From assembly GCF_001949145.1 (NCBI RefSeq), contig NW_019091360.1, positions 3,408,864 to 3,472,863 on the forward strand: 64,000 bases of DNA, in the 5' to 3' direction. Of this stretch, positions 1 to 13,500 are shown in pieces. This stretch comes from Acanthaster planci. Lineage: Eukaryota. Within the stretch, counting starts at the first letter, position 1. Each line of letters opens with the position of its first letter. The notes below the pieces were generated by a model. That model saw only the letters and a list, made by a program, of their open reading frames with translations, did no database searches and was not told the DNA's origin. The position numbers were made by a program, and so were the translations under genes.

Positions 1-166
1 GTACACACAGTACATGTACTCCTTTTCGTCACCAGAATCATTCTTTTAGATCTTTCCTTTCTGAGACTTTGCTAGATCATTTCCCTCTACCAAATGGTGG
101 TTCACATGTACGGAAACAGTCCAAATTTTGTTACTTTCATTATTTAAATGCAATCTGCTCCTAATA

Positions 167-393
167 CACTACTCAAAAAAGATACGGACCGCTTTTTAAC
201 TTGTAGTTTTTTCCAAGCAATGAGGAGGGTCTAGTTCTTTTATTTATTGTTTGTCTAGATGGTGTTCTCATTGGAATAACAAATTTTTTAAAAATTCAGG
301 TCAGTTGTATTAGGATATTTTCAGCAGTAAAATATCCCATATATAAAAGTATACACCAAATAAAAAGTGGTCTTTAACTTTTTTAGAGTAGTA
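167..393. mobile_element. Tc1/mariner-type MITE with TA target duplication
   Basis: Left end TA|CACTACTCAAAAAAGATACGGACCGCTTTTTAACTTG versus reverse complement of right end TA|TACTACTCTAAAAAAGTTAAAGACCACTTTTTATTTG: imperfect ~35-bp TIRs. Confidence 0.7.
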
Positions 394-2036
394 TATTTGA
401 ATTTTTGAATAAGTAATGAGAAAATTCCAATATCTTGGTTCAGACAGTATGTGTACATGTGCACTTATGTCACCAATTTATCGTGAATTTGGTTTTTTCC
501 TGAAATATGAATGGTTTGCAAACTTTCATTTCAGAGTTTTCCTTTGTCAAATGCAATGCCCCAGTGCACTTTTTCAGGTACATGTAGGCGTACATGTAAG
601 TTCCTCAGATCCTGCTTTCAAATTGAAAACTGAGCAAAGTGGGTTAATACGAACACAAAGGAAATGCGAGCCAAGTATCAGATGACGGCACGATTAACCT
701 ACAAAATAAGTTGCATATCCCCCCCCCACCGCATTCCGGCATGACTTCAAATAATCTACTCTGCACACCAGCAGCCCTGACAGACATTCCCAGCTCAGCC
801 AGTTTACATTTTGGTTCTCCTAACCGCTCTTTTTGTTTTCCATTCAAAAGCCTTCGCATATAGGAAGAAGGGAAAAGGTGGGGAGAATGACAGTGCATTC
901 AGAAATTCGGAGGGGCCCACGCACACACCCCTTTCCTGTTTATTCAGCACCTTTAGTCTTGAAACATGGGAGGGTTTCGGTCTCCCTCAAGGGGGCCAGA
1001 GAGAGTATTGTCTATCCAGCCGCAGGTCCCTTGCTATTGAGAAAAATTCCCACAAGGAATGGTTGTGAGTTGTGCCTTGCAAAGGCCCACTTGGATATGA
1101 AGCATTTTAGTGGGGCACCTGATGGCACAGGACAAAATATGTTTTCTTTGGACGCCGGGTCTTATGAAAATGTTGGGGGACCTGTTGAAGTGCTCAACAA
1201 AAGTTGTTTTGCAAGGTTGCCCGATTGGGGCCCTGGGCAGATTGAAGTGCTAGCAGCACTGGTCGGGAGGTATTTGTCTGGACGAGGTGAAAGTGCCAGA
1301 CCGGCACAGCAGAGAAATGCAGGAGCTTCAACACTGTGCCGGAAATTCAGACTGTAAACAAGTTGAAAACTGTACAAAGATCACTCTGCTGTGCTAGACG
1401 TCAATCTTTTAGTTAGACAATACGTACGAAAACTGTGATATGCATATACATGTATGGGTAGAAAGCAGTAATTTATAGCAGTCACTTTCTTGCGGCATGA
1501 GAGACATCTCTTTCTCTGGCAACTGGTGACAAAGGTTTTCAGACCTCCGACGATCAAATCGGAGCAGTTTACCATGCACAAAAACGTCAATATTGATTAA
1601 ATGTAAAAACTGATGGACATCTTAATGCAGAAAATCTCTTTTCTTCTAAAAACACAGGAAAACGCCTTGAAACCGACCTCTTTCCAACAATTCCAATTAA
1701 AAGTAAAAACGACAGACAAAGTGAGTTGAAAGACACTGAAGTTATTTCCAGCAGTCAATGGGCATACATGCATCTGATGAGACCAGGGTAAAAAGCGCTA
1801 GCCACATATGCACAGCGCCTGCATACATGAACAAAATCCTTGCAAAGAAACAATGTACAAATGCATACAAATCTTACAGATGATGTCGAAACAGTACGTA
1901 ATGTACAATGTGCAGTGCATGACTCCCAACATGCATACATTACAGTGTACCGGTGGTAGTGTTAATACATGTACCAGAGCTTACAAACTTGTCCATGTAT
2001 ATGTACACAATGATACATGTAGGTGTGCACGCAGAT

Positions 2037-2274
2037 GGGTCATTCTATAAATTTGGGGTCTAAGTTTTTTTGTCCCTGTCAAGTCTGGCATTTGATTTTG
2101 AATGTTTAGAACTCATGGTTTAATTTCAAAGACTGAATAGTACTGCAAATTACATGTACCTTGCCAAGCAGGTAGCATTCGTTTGAAATCAATTGCAGTA
2201 ATATATCCTTGCCAAACATGTCAGAGGTAATAGGGAAATGTCACACTCTGGACCCCAAATTTACAGGATGAACC
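2037..2274. mobile_element. MITE with GGGTCATTC-type TIRs and 4-bp TSD AGAT (Sola-like)
   Basis: GGGTCATTCTATAAATTTGGGGTCTAAGT ... ACTCTGGACCCCAAATTTACAGGATGAACC, with AGAT on both sides (2033-2036 and 2275-2278). Confidence 0.75.
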
Positions 2275-5200
2275 AGATAGGAGGAGCACCCTACCCAAAG
2301 CATTCATGACTAGCACAACTAAAAAAAACCCCCTAAAATTCCAAGTTCAGATCACTTTAGAAAGGGAGATTGTTGAGGTAACCTTACCTTTACAATGTGA
2401 CAAGCATGACTGTTCATCTGGCAATATTGTGCCACTGGATTTAGCCAGGATATGCAGTTACACACTTCCCCTCAGCATGGGGAGAGACGGGGAAAAAAAA
2501 TCTCCAACCTGCCCTTCTGAGAAGCCCACCTGCTTAGCCAAGCAGCTGTCACTCACACCAGCCCACTGTCTGTGCGACTTCTTCCCAAATTGCAAGGCTT
2601 CGTATCTCGACTCAAAGCTCAATCCCGGGCCCACCGCGGTCGCACTTAACACTCTGACCCCGTGGCCTTATTCTGAACATTTTTCTCTTCCATTAACGCC
2701 AAAAAAAAAGAAAAAGAAAAAAGAAAGAGCATACGCTGCACACAATCGGCAGTGGGGCCACTATCTGCCCTCTACTTCTCTTTCTCTCCTGGCCTGGGGG
2801 GCCAAGAGTAAAATAAAATCATGCCAAACAATTTCCTGTGAGTCTGCCATTACAAGTTGAGCAGTAGCAGGGGAGCGGGGCACTTATTCACTTCAGAACG
2901 GATTCGATGATGCCCGTGTTTTAACAGCCACCTTGCTCGACATGTGTGGGCCATTTACACTTTATCTAGCACTCAAGGAGACTCACCTTGGGCAGAAATG
3001 CAACTGGTACACCGTAGATGCTTCTTTCACAACGTGCATGAACGGACAGTGTGGCCATGTATGCACTTGAACACGTTATGGATAGACCAACACAAATGCA
3101 CTGGACTGTGTTGGCCACAGTACTTCCTAGTCATACGGTACATGTATTGGTAGATGTACTGTATGTCTGTCCTACCACATTAAGTACAGACAGATTCAAA
3201 ATTGTAACAAAAACATTCTACTAGTACTGCGTGAATCTTCCAGGCACATGTTTCAAGGCACAGGTTAACTTTAATCTTTGTGGTGCCAAATGTACATACA
3301 CCTGTGCACATGCGCAATTCAATGTCAACCTTAGCTGTCATGCAACTCTTAGATTCCAATGTTTCAGCTGCATGATACAGCACTTTTCAAGCACATACAT
3401 GTATCAGAACTCATAAAATATTGCCAACCATTGGATCTTATTAGATCTATTGGGTTTCTTACTGTCTACAGAGCCATGCACATTGTGAGCTTGAGAGCTG
3501 TCTCGCTGCATGTTATGAATCACTAAAGGCTACTCCTAGTGTCTTCTAGCCCATTCATGAATTTGGAGGAATTCAAAAATCCATCCCAATGGGCGACACA
3601 CTCAGCACTCTGTCCCTCGCAGGAAAAGTGTAGCACAGTAAAGCAACCGATGGTTGTAAGGAGAATGCAGGCGAGGAGATCCGAGCCTAAAAAAGAAAAG
3701 GGGCGTGGCTAAGACCCAGATGAATCACAGACCAGCTTGTTCCTTCAAACACCTGTCACTTCCAATTATCCCTAACACCACTCGGAGGCAGAAAACAAAG
3801 TAGGGAAGGGGGGGGGAGAGATGGGACCCCAGCTGTCTGACAAGATAGTGGGAGGGTTGGAGGGCCTTGGTGCTCACTTGCCGCAATGCGAGTCCCAAAA
3901 TCGCCTGATGTACTGCACTGGCTTCAGTTAACATTAATAGAGTCAGCATTTGTCACTTGTATTCATCCGCTCAGGAAGAGAAAAGTTGTCCCTAATTACA
4001 CCGGATATTCAAATGAATTCTGCTTAATCTTTAGAACTCTCACATTGGAGTGATTTGCATACAACACGTTTGACTGCCATTCCCAAAGAAATGTACATGT
4101 ACCAGTAAATTTACGGTAACATTTGATTCATCCAAGGATGAAAACCAGCTGCCGCATCTGTAGTGACCTCCTTGAAGAGCTATTATGAAATCATTGACTA
4201 CACTGTACTTCCAAAAACAAGAAGGAAAAGCCTTTCACTTTACTTTAAATCTCAATTCAGAATTCGATGTAAAAACTGTTCAGTCAAAGCCTCATTGTTT
4301 TTGGGTAGAAAATAACTAAACCTCCCAAAATCTTGGTACATGTACATACACATGCCAAAACTCAAGTGGTTAAAAAAAAATTAAGTGAAACCAGCATTTT
4401 TTTTTCTGCAGGCACCTTGAGCAGAGGTCAAGAGAACTCAGCCTTGGCTTGTATATTATTAGCAGGGTTGTACTTATGATTGACAGTTGGCGATCAGTGC
4501 AGTGCTGCTTGGCAGCCCATGCCTTGCCCTGGCAAGTAAACAGGCCTCTAGCAACCATCCAGGTGTGAATTTTTAAAAGCCCCACAAGGAACTTTTAATT
4601 GGCAGTTTGAGGGCTACAAAGGCCCGGTAAACTTCTACATTTCGCTCATGACATGTGGCCATTTCTCTCTCTTTCTGTTGCTAATCGCGCCTACTAAGTT
4701 TCGGTGGAAACTGCACAGCGCATTTATGAAACGGTCGGTGAGCATTTCATGCCTCAACTGTCTGTGTAAATGCATCTCTCCTCCCCCCTGAAAAACCAAC
4801 TCAACTCAAAGACGCTCAGTCTGATCAAATGTTTGCTCATGTCGTTGCAGTTAACATGATCCGGAAAGAACATTCTTTTGCCAAATTTACATGTGTGTCG
4901 TCCCAACAGGGGGCCAATTACGGATGTCTTGCTGGGCAAACCACACACGAGCCCAGGCCAAAAAAAAAGGAAAACACTCCGAGGGCATAAACCATAAAAA
5001 TGTTCAGTCAAACACATGTACATTTACATGTACATGTATACCCTTGTTCTGGAAAACCTTTTGCAGTAAAAACAAACATCACTCGATTTCCCTCAAGCCA
5101 CATCTGCTTAATGATACCAGCACCTCTTCTATGTTTGGATTTCAACCAGAGAGAAGGACAATAACAAGACAGAAAATGAAGCGGTCAAGGTTGGCCTGGC

Positions 5201-5399
5201 ATACTTCAAAAAGTGTGATCCAGTGCAACCCTGACATTAGATTTCAATTCAACAACAACAGGAACTTTTCCCCCTTTTTTTCATTTTCAGACTTCAAACG
5301 AAGGAGAAATCACATCCACTCGGAAAAATCCCAGACTGGAACTTTCGAGGTGTGCAGAGTAACTACTGTTTCTAGAATTATGATTCAACATCTCTTCAT

Positions 5400-5821
5400 A
5401 GAGGGATCCCAATACGACGCTTTTAGTGTCAATCTGCGCACTTCCACGTTTGAAAACGAGGCTATATATGTCAGCTTCAATTCTTAATACGATCAGACGA
5501 TTGAAAGTAAGGAGTCAAGACACATATGTTAAGGTATGTTAATTCAGACTTTTCAGGCAGCAAATTTTTGTGGAAGAGTCTTTCAGGATGACTTGACACG
5601 TAAAATCAAAAGAAAAAATAACGGCAATTTACCGCGAACAAACTAATGGTCGTGTATCTGCATGTGCAGTGGGCGTGGTTTAAACTGAAGTGGCGTCACA
5701 CTTACGAATCGGATACTGCATGTAATGTGTCGACTCCGCGGGCACGCGCGATGAAGTTCAACACAGAGAGGCTCGGTTTCGATGCACATATGCGCAGATG
5801 GCGCCGATGTGAAATCCCTCT
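5400..5821. mobile_element. Non-autonomous DNA element, AT-flanked, AGAGGGAT termini (ISL2EU/Harbinger-group-like)
   Basis: AT|AGAGGGATCCCAATACGACGC ... GCGCCGATGTGAAATCCCTCT|AT. The interior is CpG-rich relative to its CpG-poor surroundings. Confidence 0.5.
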
Positions 5822-5919
5822 ATTAGAAGTGTTTACACTGTACGTGTGTGTGTGTGAGTTTAATGCATTCCAATTCACACCCAAACACCCTAGCAACCAG
5901 GGGGGGGTGGCAAAAAGAG

Positions 5920-6010
5920 ATGTGGATTGCTCAGTTGGTGAAACAACTGGGATGGTGCCCTGGTGGTCAGTGGTTCAAACCCTGCTCAACCCTTTCCTTT
6001 TGTTTAACCA
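5920..6010 (+). mobile_element. Degenerate tRNA-derived SINE head
   Basis: A-box-like TTGCTCAGTTGGTG (5927-5940) and B-box GGTTCAAACCC (5972-5982) at tRNA spacing. No intact cloverleaf. T-rich tail. Confidence 0.5.
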
Positions 6011-9000
6011 CAGCACAAAGGGTTCAATCCAACAAACTGGAGTAAAGCTATGAAAATTTGTCTGCTGCTGGTGACCATTCAGGAAAAGCCACATACACGT
6101 AACTCTACATGTACATGTACATGTATGTTCTACACAGTTCCCTTCAAATTGTTGAGCAAACATGAACTTGGCATTCCACTGATCAGTTTTTCAATAGATT
6201 ACTCATACAGGTATTGCTAAAGCGCCAATCCTTTTAATACAAAAATGGATAAAAATCAGATCAAATCCAAACTAAGACAAATCAATGAATTACTATTTTG
6301 AAGCAAGATGTCATAAATGCAGTCCGCTCAAAAACCATGTTTTCAACCCCCTGAACACTTTTTGTTTATTTTACAATGTGAGTGGACGAACAGTGGTTAA
6401 GAGCAAATTTGCAATGTACTTATGTCACAGAGAAACCTGTGTACGGTAATGATGAAACGATACATATTCATGAACGAGAAAAGTCTTTACTCATATTCAG
6501 AACGGACAGCAAATGCATCTCAAGGGCCTGACCTGTTGCCACAGCAACTGGCCCAAAAATTGCCACAGGTACATTACCGTGAGTAAGGTGTCTTCTGAGT
6601 TTTTCAGGATGGAGAGGGGGGGGAGTAAAAATGAAGAAATGGCATCTTGAGTAGGGAGGATGGAATTCATACCGCCAGCTCATACACTAATGTTTGTGGG
6701 GGGCCCCCAAAGGGTTGCCACCCAAACTGCATAAAATGCAGACACAAATCTGTTCCCACATCAGTACACATACCGGAATAACAATGCGCAAGAATAACAC
6801 CTGTAATAGGTACAAGCACATGAACATTTATATGTCTGATGCATGTATAGTGGTGTGCATTCTAAACCCTTTTCTATATTCATATGCACGTACATGTATA
6901 TCAAAAATATCAGAACTCCACTCTTCTCATTATGAAGTAGATGAAACATTCTGAATAATGGACTGTAAATTAGGCCCAACTGAGAATATCTCGCGATGCC
7001 AGCCAACAAATTTCAGTCTGACATTTACAGTACACTTAGGACAAAGATAACGGCTTAATAACATTCTCCCAAATCATGACATTTGGTGAAACAAAACAAA
7101 AATCTTCAGCGGGTCTTTGTTTTTAAAAAAATCTACAACAAAAAAAAACGAGCTCCTGCATACCGTCAATGAGAATCATCAAGACATGAGTGGAACAGTC
7201 CTGCCGGCAAAATACCCATGCGGTCTCTCTCACACTTTCAAATATAAATGCGAATGTAGAAAACAGATGCTCCTAACATCAGCATACACATCGGAAAGGG
7301 CTCTGTAGCCACCATATCAGATCTAAGGAACTTGGCCCAACCGTGACCTTAGGAGAGCAGTCAATTAAAGCACGGTAAACTTAACAGTTCCCTCCCTCGG
7401 GCGTTGGAAACAAAACTCCATTCAGACCTGGCCAACTTAGCCAGGCATTTCATGCAGGCTGCGTTTTATTTTCCCTTCTTCATCTTTATTTTTTTCTCTT
7501 TTTTTTTTTGGTACATGTGTAAGTTGTTGAAGGAGGAAAGAAGGCCAGTTGTGAATTTTTTTGAAAGCGGCCTTTTGTGGGATTATCAGCGGTGTTCATA
7601 AAGCAGCAAATCTTCTTAAGTTTCCCCTCAGTCTGGGCTGCCAAAAAAAAAAAAAAACAGATTGCCAACAGAACTTGAGGAAGCACATGGTGTGCCTTTT
7701 CACAAAAGGAAAAATTAGGGGGGGGGTTACTTTTTGGTTATCAATGCTATCGCATCATCATTAGAGGGTAAGCTGTACTTTGGCAGTTGAAAAATAATTC
7801 AAATGCTGTGGTACACAGGATTCCTACATGTATAATTCTTATTCAAAGTTGGATTTAATTGTGTAGCAGTAGTAATTCTATTATTTCCAATGTCCATGCA
7901 GGGAACTGCAATGTTTTTGACCAACTTCACTCAAATTGCACCCGTCTCCATACTGGCCTAAGTGTGATCAATACATGTACACTGCACATGTTTGTGAGCA
8001 TGTACCTGTAATTTTGATCTCAAATTCAATGTTATTATTAGGCCTAGATTTATTTTGGTTTTATTACCGGAACAGTACATACTTTTTTACAGCTGAGATA
8101 ACTTTCTGGATCCTAATAAACGAGGCCTGCATTCGAAACGGATGGCAAAATTAACTACTATTTACACCGACATACATGTACACAGTAATGTATTGCTCAA
8201 ATGTACATGTAGCGGTACATCTTAAAATTAAAGGGAGTGGATTAAACTGGCCACTAAATATTTACACACTAACAGTTGGGAAATTCATTGTCATTGGTGG
8301 GATTTGAAACTCAACTATAAACAAAATATGGAAGAAAACATCTCCTCCATGTCCCCCCCCTTAAAACATTCCTGATCTTCCCTGAGGGTCTCTGCATATT
8401 ATTTCAGGTTATCAACCCAACCTGGTCAAAAGGACCGTCAGAGACAAAAATATAATAGGGAAACCGCCAAATCCTGAAATGTTTGGGCACTACGGAGGGG
8501 ATTATTCCTCCAGGCTGTGTGCCTGCGATTTCAATTCCAATGACCCAACTAATGGGGAACGGGGAAGAAAAGAAACCACAAAATGGAAGGGGGGGGGGCC
8601 AATGTCTGAAAAGGGTGTATTTTGGGTGCTGATTTGTGAGGCGTGGTGGGTAGGTAGAATTGCTGGAGTGGAGGGAAAGCATTTCACAGTTCATGGAGTT
8701 CAACAATGGAAAGTTTAGGGTAGCATGTTAAAGAAAATAACGGCAAGGCACCGGTGTCCTAAATGTATGGTTGCACTGCAACATATCACCCTAACTATTC
8801 ATGCTTGACGCCGAGGATTACCAGATGTACAACTTTTTTTGTGTTTGATGTGTATAAACAGCGCCCTCGGTTGACTCCATCGAGAAAATGACAGATACAT
8901 GTACAATCCTGTGAATGTTAACTGGCACTATTTCAATTTGACACATTCCGTAAGTATTGCCCACAATTGTCCACAGGCAACGGACACTGTACATGTACAA

Positions 9001-10395
9001 GAAAAACTGCACTTCTGTACAAAGCAAGTCTACGTGTAGTTTTTAGAATTTTTTTTTAATAAAGAGACTCTGGCCAACAACACACCAACAATCAATTGTA
9101 TACTTCGCAGCCAGTCAATTTCATAAATGATGATCATCATTTCACAGGACTAAGGTAACAAAGTAGACAAAATGCTTTGTGACGATGCAAACTGCAAAGT
9201 GACCCCAACTCAACACCTGCATATGCATGTAGCTTCTCAACGGCTACGCATCAGAAAAAAAACACTGCGGTAGTTAACCTATCAGGATATGCATTGTAAA
9301 AAAAAATATGCGCTGGCTAAAATTGACCATCCCTTTCACAAACCCTCAACATCAAACAGCTCCAGCTTCTACCCTTTGTTGCCCCTCATCTGTCTTGGGA
9401 TTAGAAGTTCAAGGAGTTCTGAGCTTTTGGTCAAGGCATCCTGAGTCATTTCTGGCCCGATTTCCTCTCCTGATAGCCACATGTATCCACAGGTCAACTG
9501 TTCCATGGGGTGTCCCGCAGCAGCAAGGTCCGATCACAACTAGACACTGGCGCAAGGTCTCCATTAGCAGTGCTAAGGGAACACACTACATGTACATGTA
9601 CCTGTTCCAGCTTCTGTACAATTTGGTACTTTTACATTAAAACAAGCGATTCCCTAAGCCTCATGATTTGCAAATCTATTTACAGAACATCTGTTTATCT
9701 GCCCAGAGGTTGGAGAAAAATTTCAAGTACAGAAATACTGGAGGAAGCCCCACAGAATCAGGTGGCGACTGAACTATAATCCACGACTATGGCATCACAT
9801 CAGATTACCTATGAATCCCGAAAGACCAGTCTGGCCACAGAGGTGCATACATGTACATGTATGGCAAGGAGTATACATGACAAGATAACTGGATTTCTAA
9901 GGCTGACGAATTCCCAGTGCTACTGCTAAATCTCAAGACTGGGGCCAAGGTAAAGCGTATCTCCAGGCCTGGGGATTGTTTGTTATGCCCAAGTCTGTGA
10001 GGTCTGCTTGAACCTATGGGGGGGGCGAGTAGGAGAAGGATGAGACAGGAAATCGCATTGTTCCTTCCCTTTCATATTGTTCAGGAATAAGCACTTTGCT
10101 TTTACCAGAATGAAATTGGAAAATCAGGGTCAACCTAAAAACCATGTAGCCCTCACATATTACACATTCTTCTCCCTCTCAGAAGTCATTTTTTTCCCAC
10201 AATTTTTTCAAAGTAAACCCTTAAAATACTGGTACTGATCTTTCATGAGATGTGACCTTTCTTCTTTAGGGTTAGAGAGGACTGAGAGCTGGGGTAGGGG
10301 AGGATGAACTGAGTAGGGACAGGTGCCTGGTATAAACTGTGTGATGAGGGGGAAGGAACTTTACTGTACTGATAAACAATTGAAGCTCCTGACTA

Positions 10396-10552
10396 CGGTT
10401 GAACCTTGATAATATGAGGTTGTTGGGACTTGGCAAATTACCTTGTTATAACAGGAATCCTGTATTATCAGGAATGAACAAAATGAAAAACAAAAGGATC
10501 GAGACCTCAAAATTTCCTTGTTATAAGCATAATCTGAAACGAGGTTCGACTG
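10396..10552. mobile_element. pogo/Tigger-type MITE, TA TSD (copy 1)
   Basis: TA|CGGTTGAACCTTGATAATATGAGG ... GAGGTTCGACTG|TA, with an internal repeated CCTTGTTATAA. Its reverse complement aligns by eye with 41864-42020. Confidence 0.75.
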
Positions 10553-13500
10553 TATTATATGCACGAGAACCATGTTCATAGAACTGTTAAGCACAGAAAT
10601 ATGCAGAGCAAATAAAAAATGTATGCTTAGCAAAATGGTCACCAGCCCCCAAAAACAAACGAGGTACATGTACATATATTCGTTTCAATAATAGCTTATT
10701 TAGTTTGCATCCTTAGATTTCTACATGTAACAACAGAGCACTGTGAAACTGGGTCCACTTCTTGAAATGACTCAAGAAGTGGTCTGCTGCATTTTTTTTT
10801 CAAGTTACATGTAAGTTTAAAGTCTGTCACGAAGGGAATTGTCTGACTACCCCCTGACCTGCATAGGTAGTGTGAATTGAGTGTTGCTTTCCTGTCATTA
10901 AGTATCCTAATCAACAGTTTCTCTCTTCGAGGAGAAGATGGGATTGCCCAAATGCTCCCAGGGGAAGACGTCTCATTACGCATTGTAACTGCATCGTTAG
11001 CTGACTGGTCAGGAACCAGCAGCAACCCAAATCAAATCAGTGTCCTCCCCTCAGTGTTTCCGTTGGGAGCCTGGCCGGCCAATATCGGTTTTCGGCAAAA
11101 CAAAATAGATCAGGAGGTTAACATGGGGGATGGGGAGACGCCGTTGCCCTGGAAACCATCTCACCATCTGGCTTCTGGCCGTGTTAAAATGGGAATGTGT
11201 TAACAGAAAAGGGGACCTAGGTTGATGACAACCCTCAAGAACAGGGTAAGAATAGGGGAACATTTAGCCTTGATCGATTCTGATCAATACTTGTCAATAT
11301 TGGGGTGCCGCTGAGTGTGCACAGCGAGTGCTGTTGGCGCTAACAAGAGGCAATTACCAACAAAACGGCACAGCACGTACACGTACATGGAGGCAGTAAT
11401 TGTTTTGCCTAAGGTTTGCCGATTCAGGTGGCAGTTAACCTCATTTCAATTTTTTTCTCTTTTCCTTTTTTCTTCCCCACTTCCTCTCCCAACTGAAGCA
11501 GTGTTGCTATAGCGATAGGAACTGAGATTGCAGTTAACCTTATTTCGGCGCATCCATCTCACACACCCCGTTTGTACTAGGCCATGTGTCCGGGAAGAGA
11601 TGTTTTCAGCTGACAGATATGGGTCAGCGGTCACTCCATATTGTCCTAGCTGCCATCCTGGTCTGACCCTCTTCTTGATGCCCGGCTTTGTATCGAATCA
11701 GGGCAAATGGCCACCCTGGGAATTTGCTCATGCTGGCTCGGTTTGGTTATCCCCAAATCTGAACAGTATTTTCTCACCAAATACCCCCATGTATTGGCAT
11801 CTGCTGCCGAGCCAGCATAGTCCAACCTGATATGTCATTTCTTCGCCACAAAAAAACAAGGCAATATCAACACAAATTTAGGGCAAGTTCCGCTTAGCCA
11901 ATGCAACTGATTCCACAACCTCAAATTATAAGATACAATTTGAACTTTCTGAGTGCAAATTGGACGCTTCTCAGCAGAGTGTACATGTACTGTTGCACTG
12001 TTCAAATAACAGACGTACATCTGAAGAAAAGTGGACGAAATATTGCCCAGGTGTCTGAACCTTTCCTTGCTTGCCGCAAGCTCAGATGCACTTTTTCATG
12101 CCCCTCTCACCCCTGACAGACATGCACAATTTTATTCACAACACACTCTCCAATTTCCGAGAGTGATTAAGTCGTGTAAAATTACCTGCCAAACAAATAG
12201 TTTGAAATCGATTTCAGTGACACTTCCATGTCAAGTTACACAGGTCAGGCGTAACAGGGAAACAAAACTGTCGTGCTTCTGGATCCTGAATTTATAGAAC
12301 ATTTCTTCTGGTTCAAATTATTTATATAACAGGCAAAACAAGACTGTTACAGATGACTGCTTCAAACTAATGGCATTAAAATCGTACAGTACATGTACAT
12401 ACATTGTGTATATGTACATGTATGTGTACATGAAGATATATCAATCAAATACCAAACTTTTTTCAAAATCAAAGGCAAGTAACATGTAGGTGTATCAACA
12501 AGCTGTTCGCACAATGAATTTATGTGCAAGTACCGTGCTTCAACATTTAGAACTACTTTATTAAATGTGCATAATTTAAGCTGAGGCATTTTGGGTCACG
12601 TGCAGAACACCGATCTCGTAACTGCCATGCTCCACTCACGAAAAAGCCTTTGTTCCCCGGCGTAATCCGAGCCCAATTAATATCGGAGCAGGATTTTGGG
12701 GATCTAATATTGCCGAGGTGTTTGGTGGGGCCTGGGTATTACTCATGATTCGCCTCTAGAGGAAAGCCACAAGTGGGAATAGAATATTGGCCCGAGGCCC
12801 AACGACCTGACGATGACAGAAAAACTGTCTAATTGGGGCCGTGTGGGGCACGGCAGGGGTACGGGGGATACCCTCTTGAAACAAAGACGCAGGGTTGATG
12901 GAGGCAGAGGAGGGCAGTTGCAATCAAGAAATCATCTTGGTGTTTTTTGGAGGGGTATGAAAACTGAAAATGGCGAGATGGGATAAATAGAAAGTGATGT
13001 CCTTCTGTAGAATTTAAATGTACATGTACAGTTTGCTTACAACAGAAAACACTGATTGTGGATATGCATATGTAAGTAAGATCTACATGAACACATGAAT
13101 GTGGAGAATTAATGTGTCTTCTTTAAAAAGGCGTGGTCTCGAGAAGGTTCTAGTCTTGTTTCATGCTGAAGTTTTCTTTCCACGTTCTTTTTTGTCTCTA
13201 TACAACTTCTTTGAAGATAAATTTGAAAACATACTGTGCAGTACCACAGTGAAGTTATTTTGGCAAACAATTATGATCAACTTCTCTCATTATTTATAGT
13301 TATTTTTTTCTCAACCTATAATTTGAAAGAAAAAGCTTGTTTATTAAGGTCCAAAACCTTACATAACATGTTTTCCAGTTCTCGTACAGAAATTATGTAT
13401 TACAGAATTTGTGGTTACAAAATGGTACAAATTACACGTTCTGTTTTCTCCCTTTTAAAAATGTATGGCCACGTAATGTTCCGAGTCTCTGGAGAATATT

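Noticed and set aside
2987..3126. Possible exon 2 of the neighbour gene (minus strand, phase-1 compatible, open for 140 nt, donor AAG|GTGAGT)
   Set aside because: The acceptor lacks a pyrimidine tract and the peptide (GSTVANTVQCICVG...VAFLPK) resembles nothing I recognise. It needs RNA-seq support.
833..5487. Longest ORF-track entries (833..1357, 2306..2860, 4891..5487)
   Set aside because: No recognisable domains. They contain homopolymer-derived and TACATG-derived residues (KKKKK, TCTCT) and lack a coherent splice structure, consistent with chance ORFs in intronic DNA.
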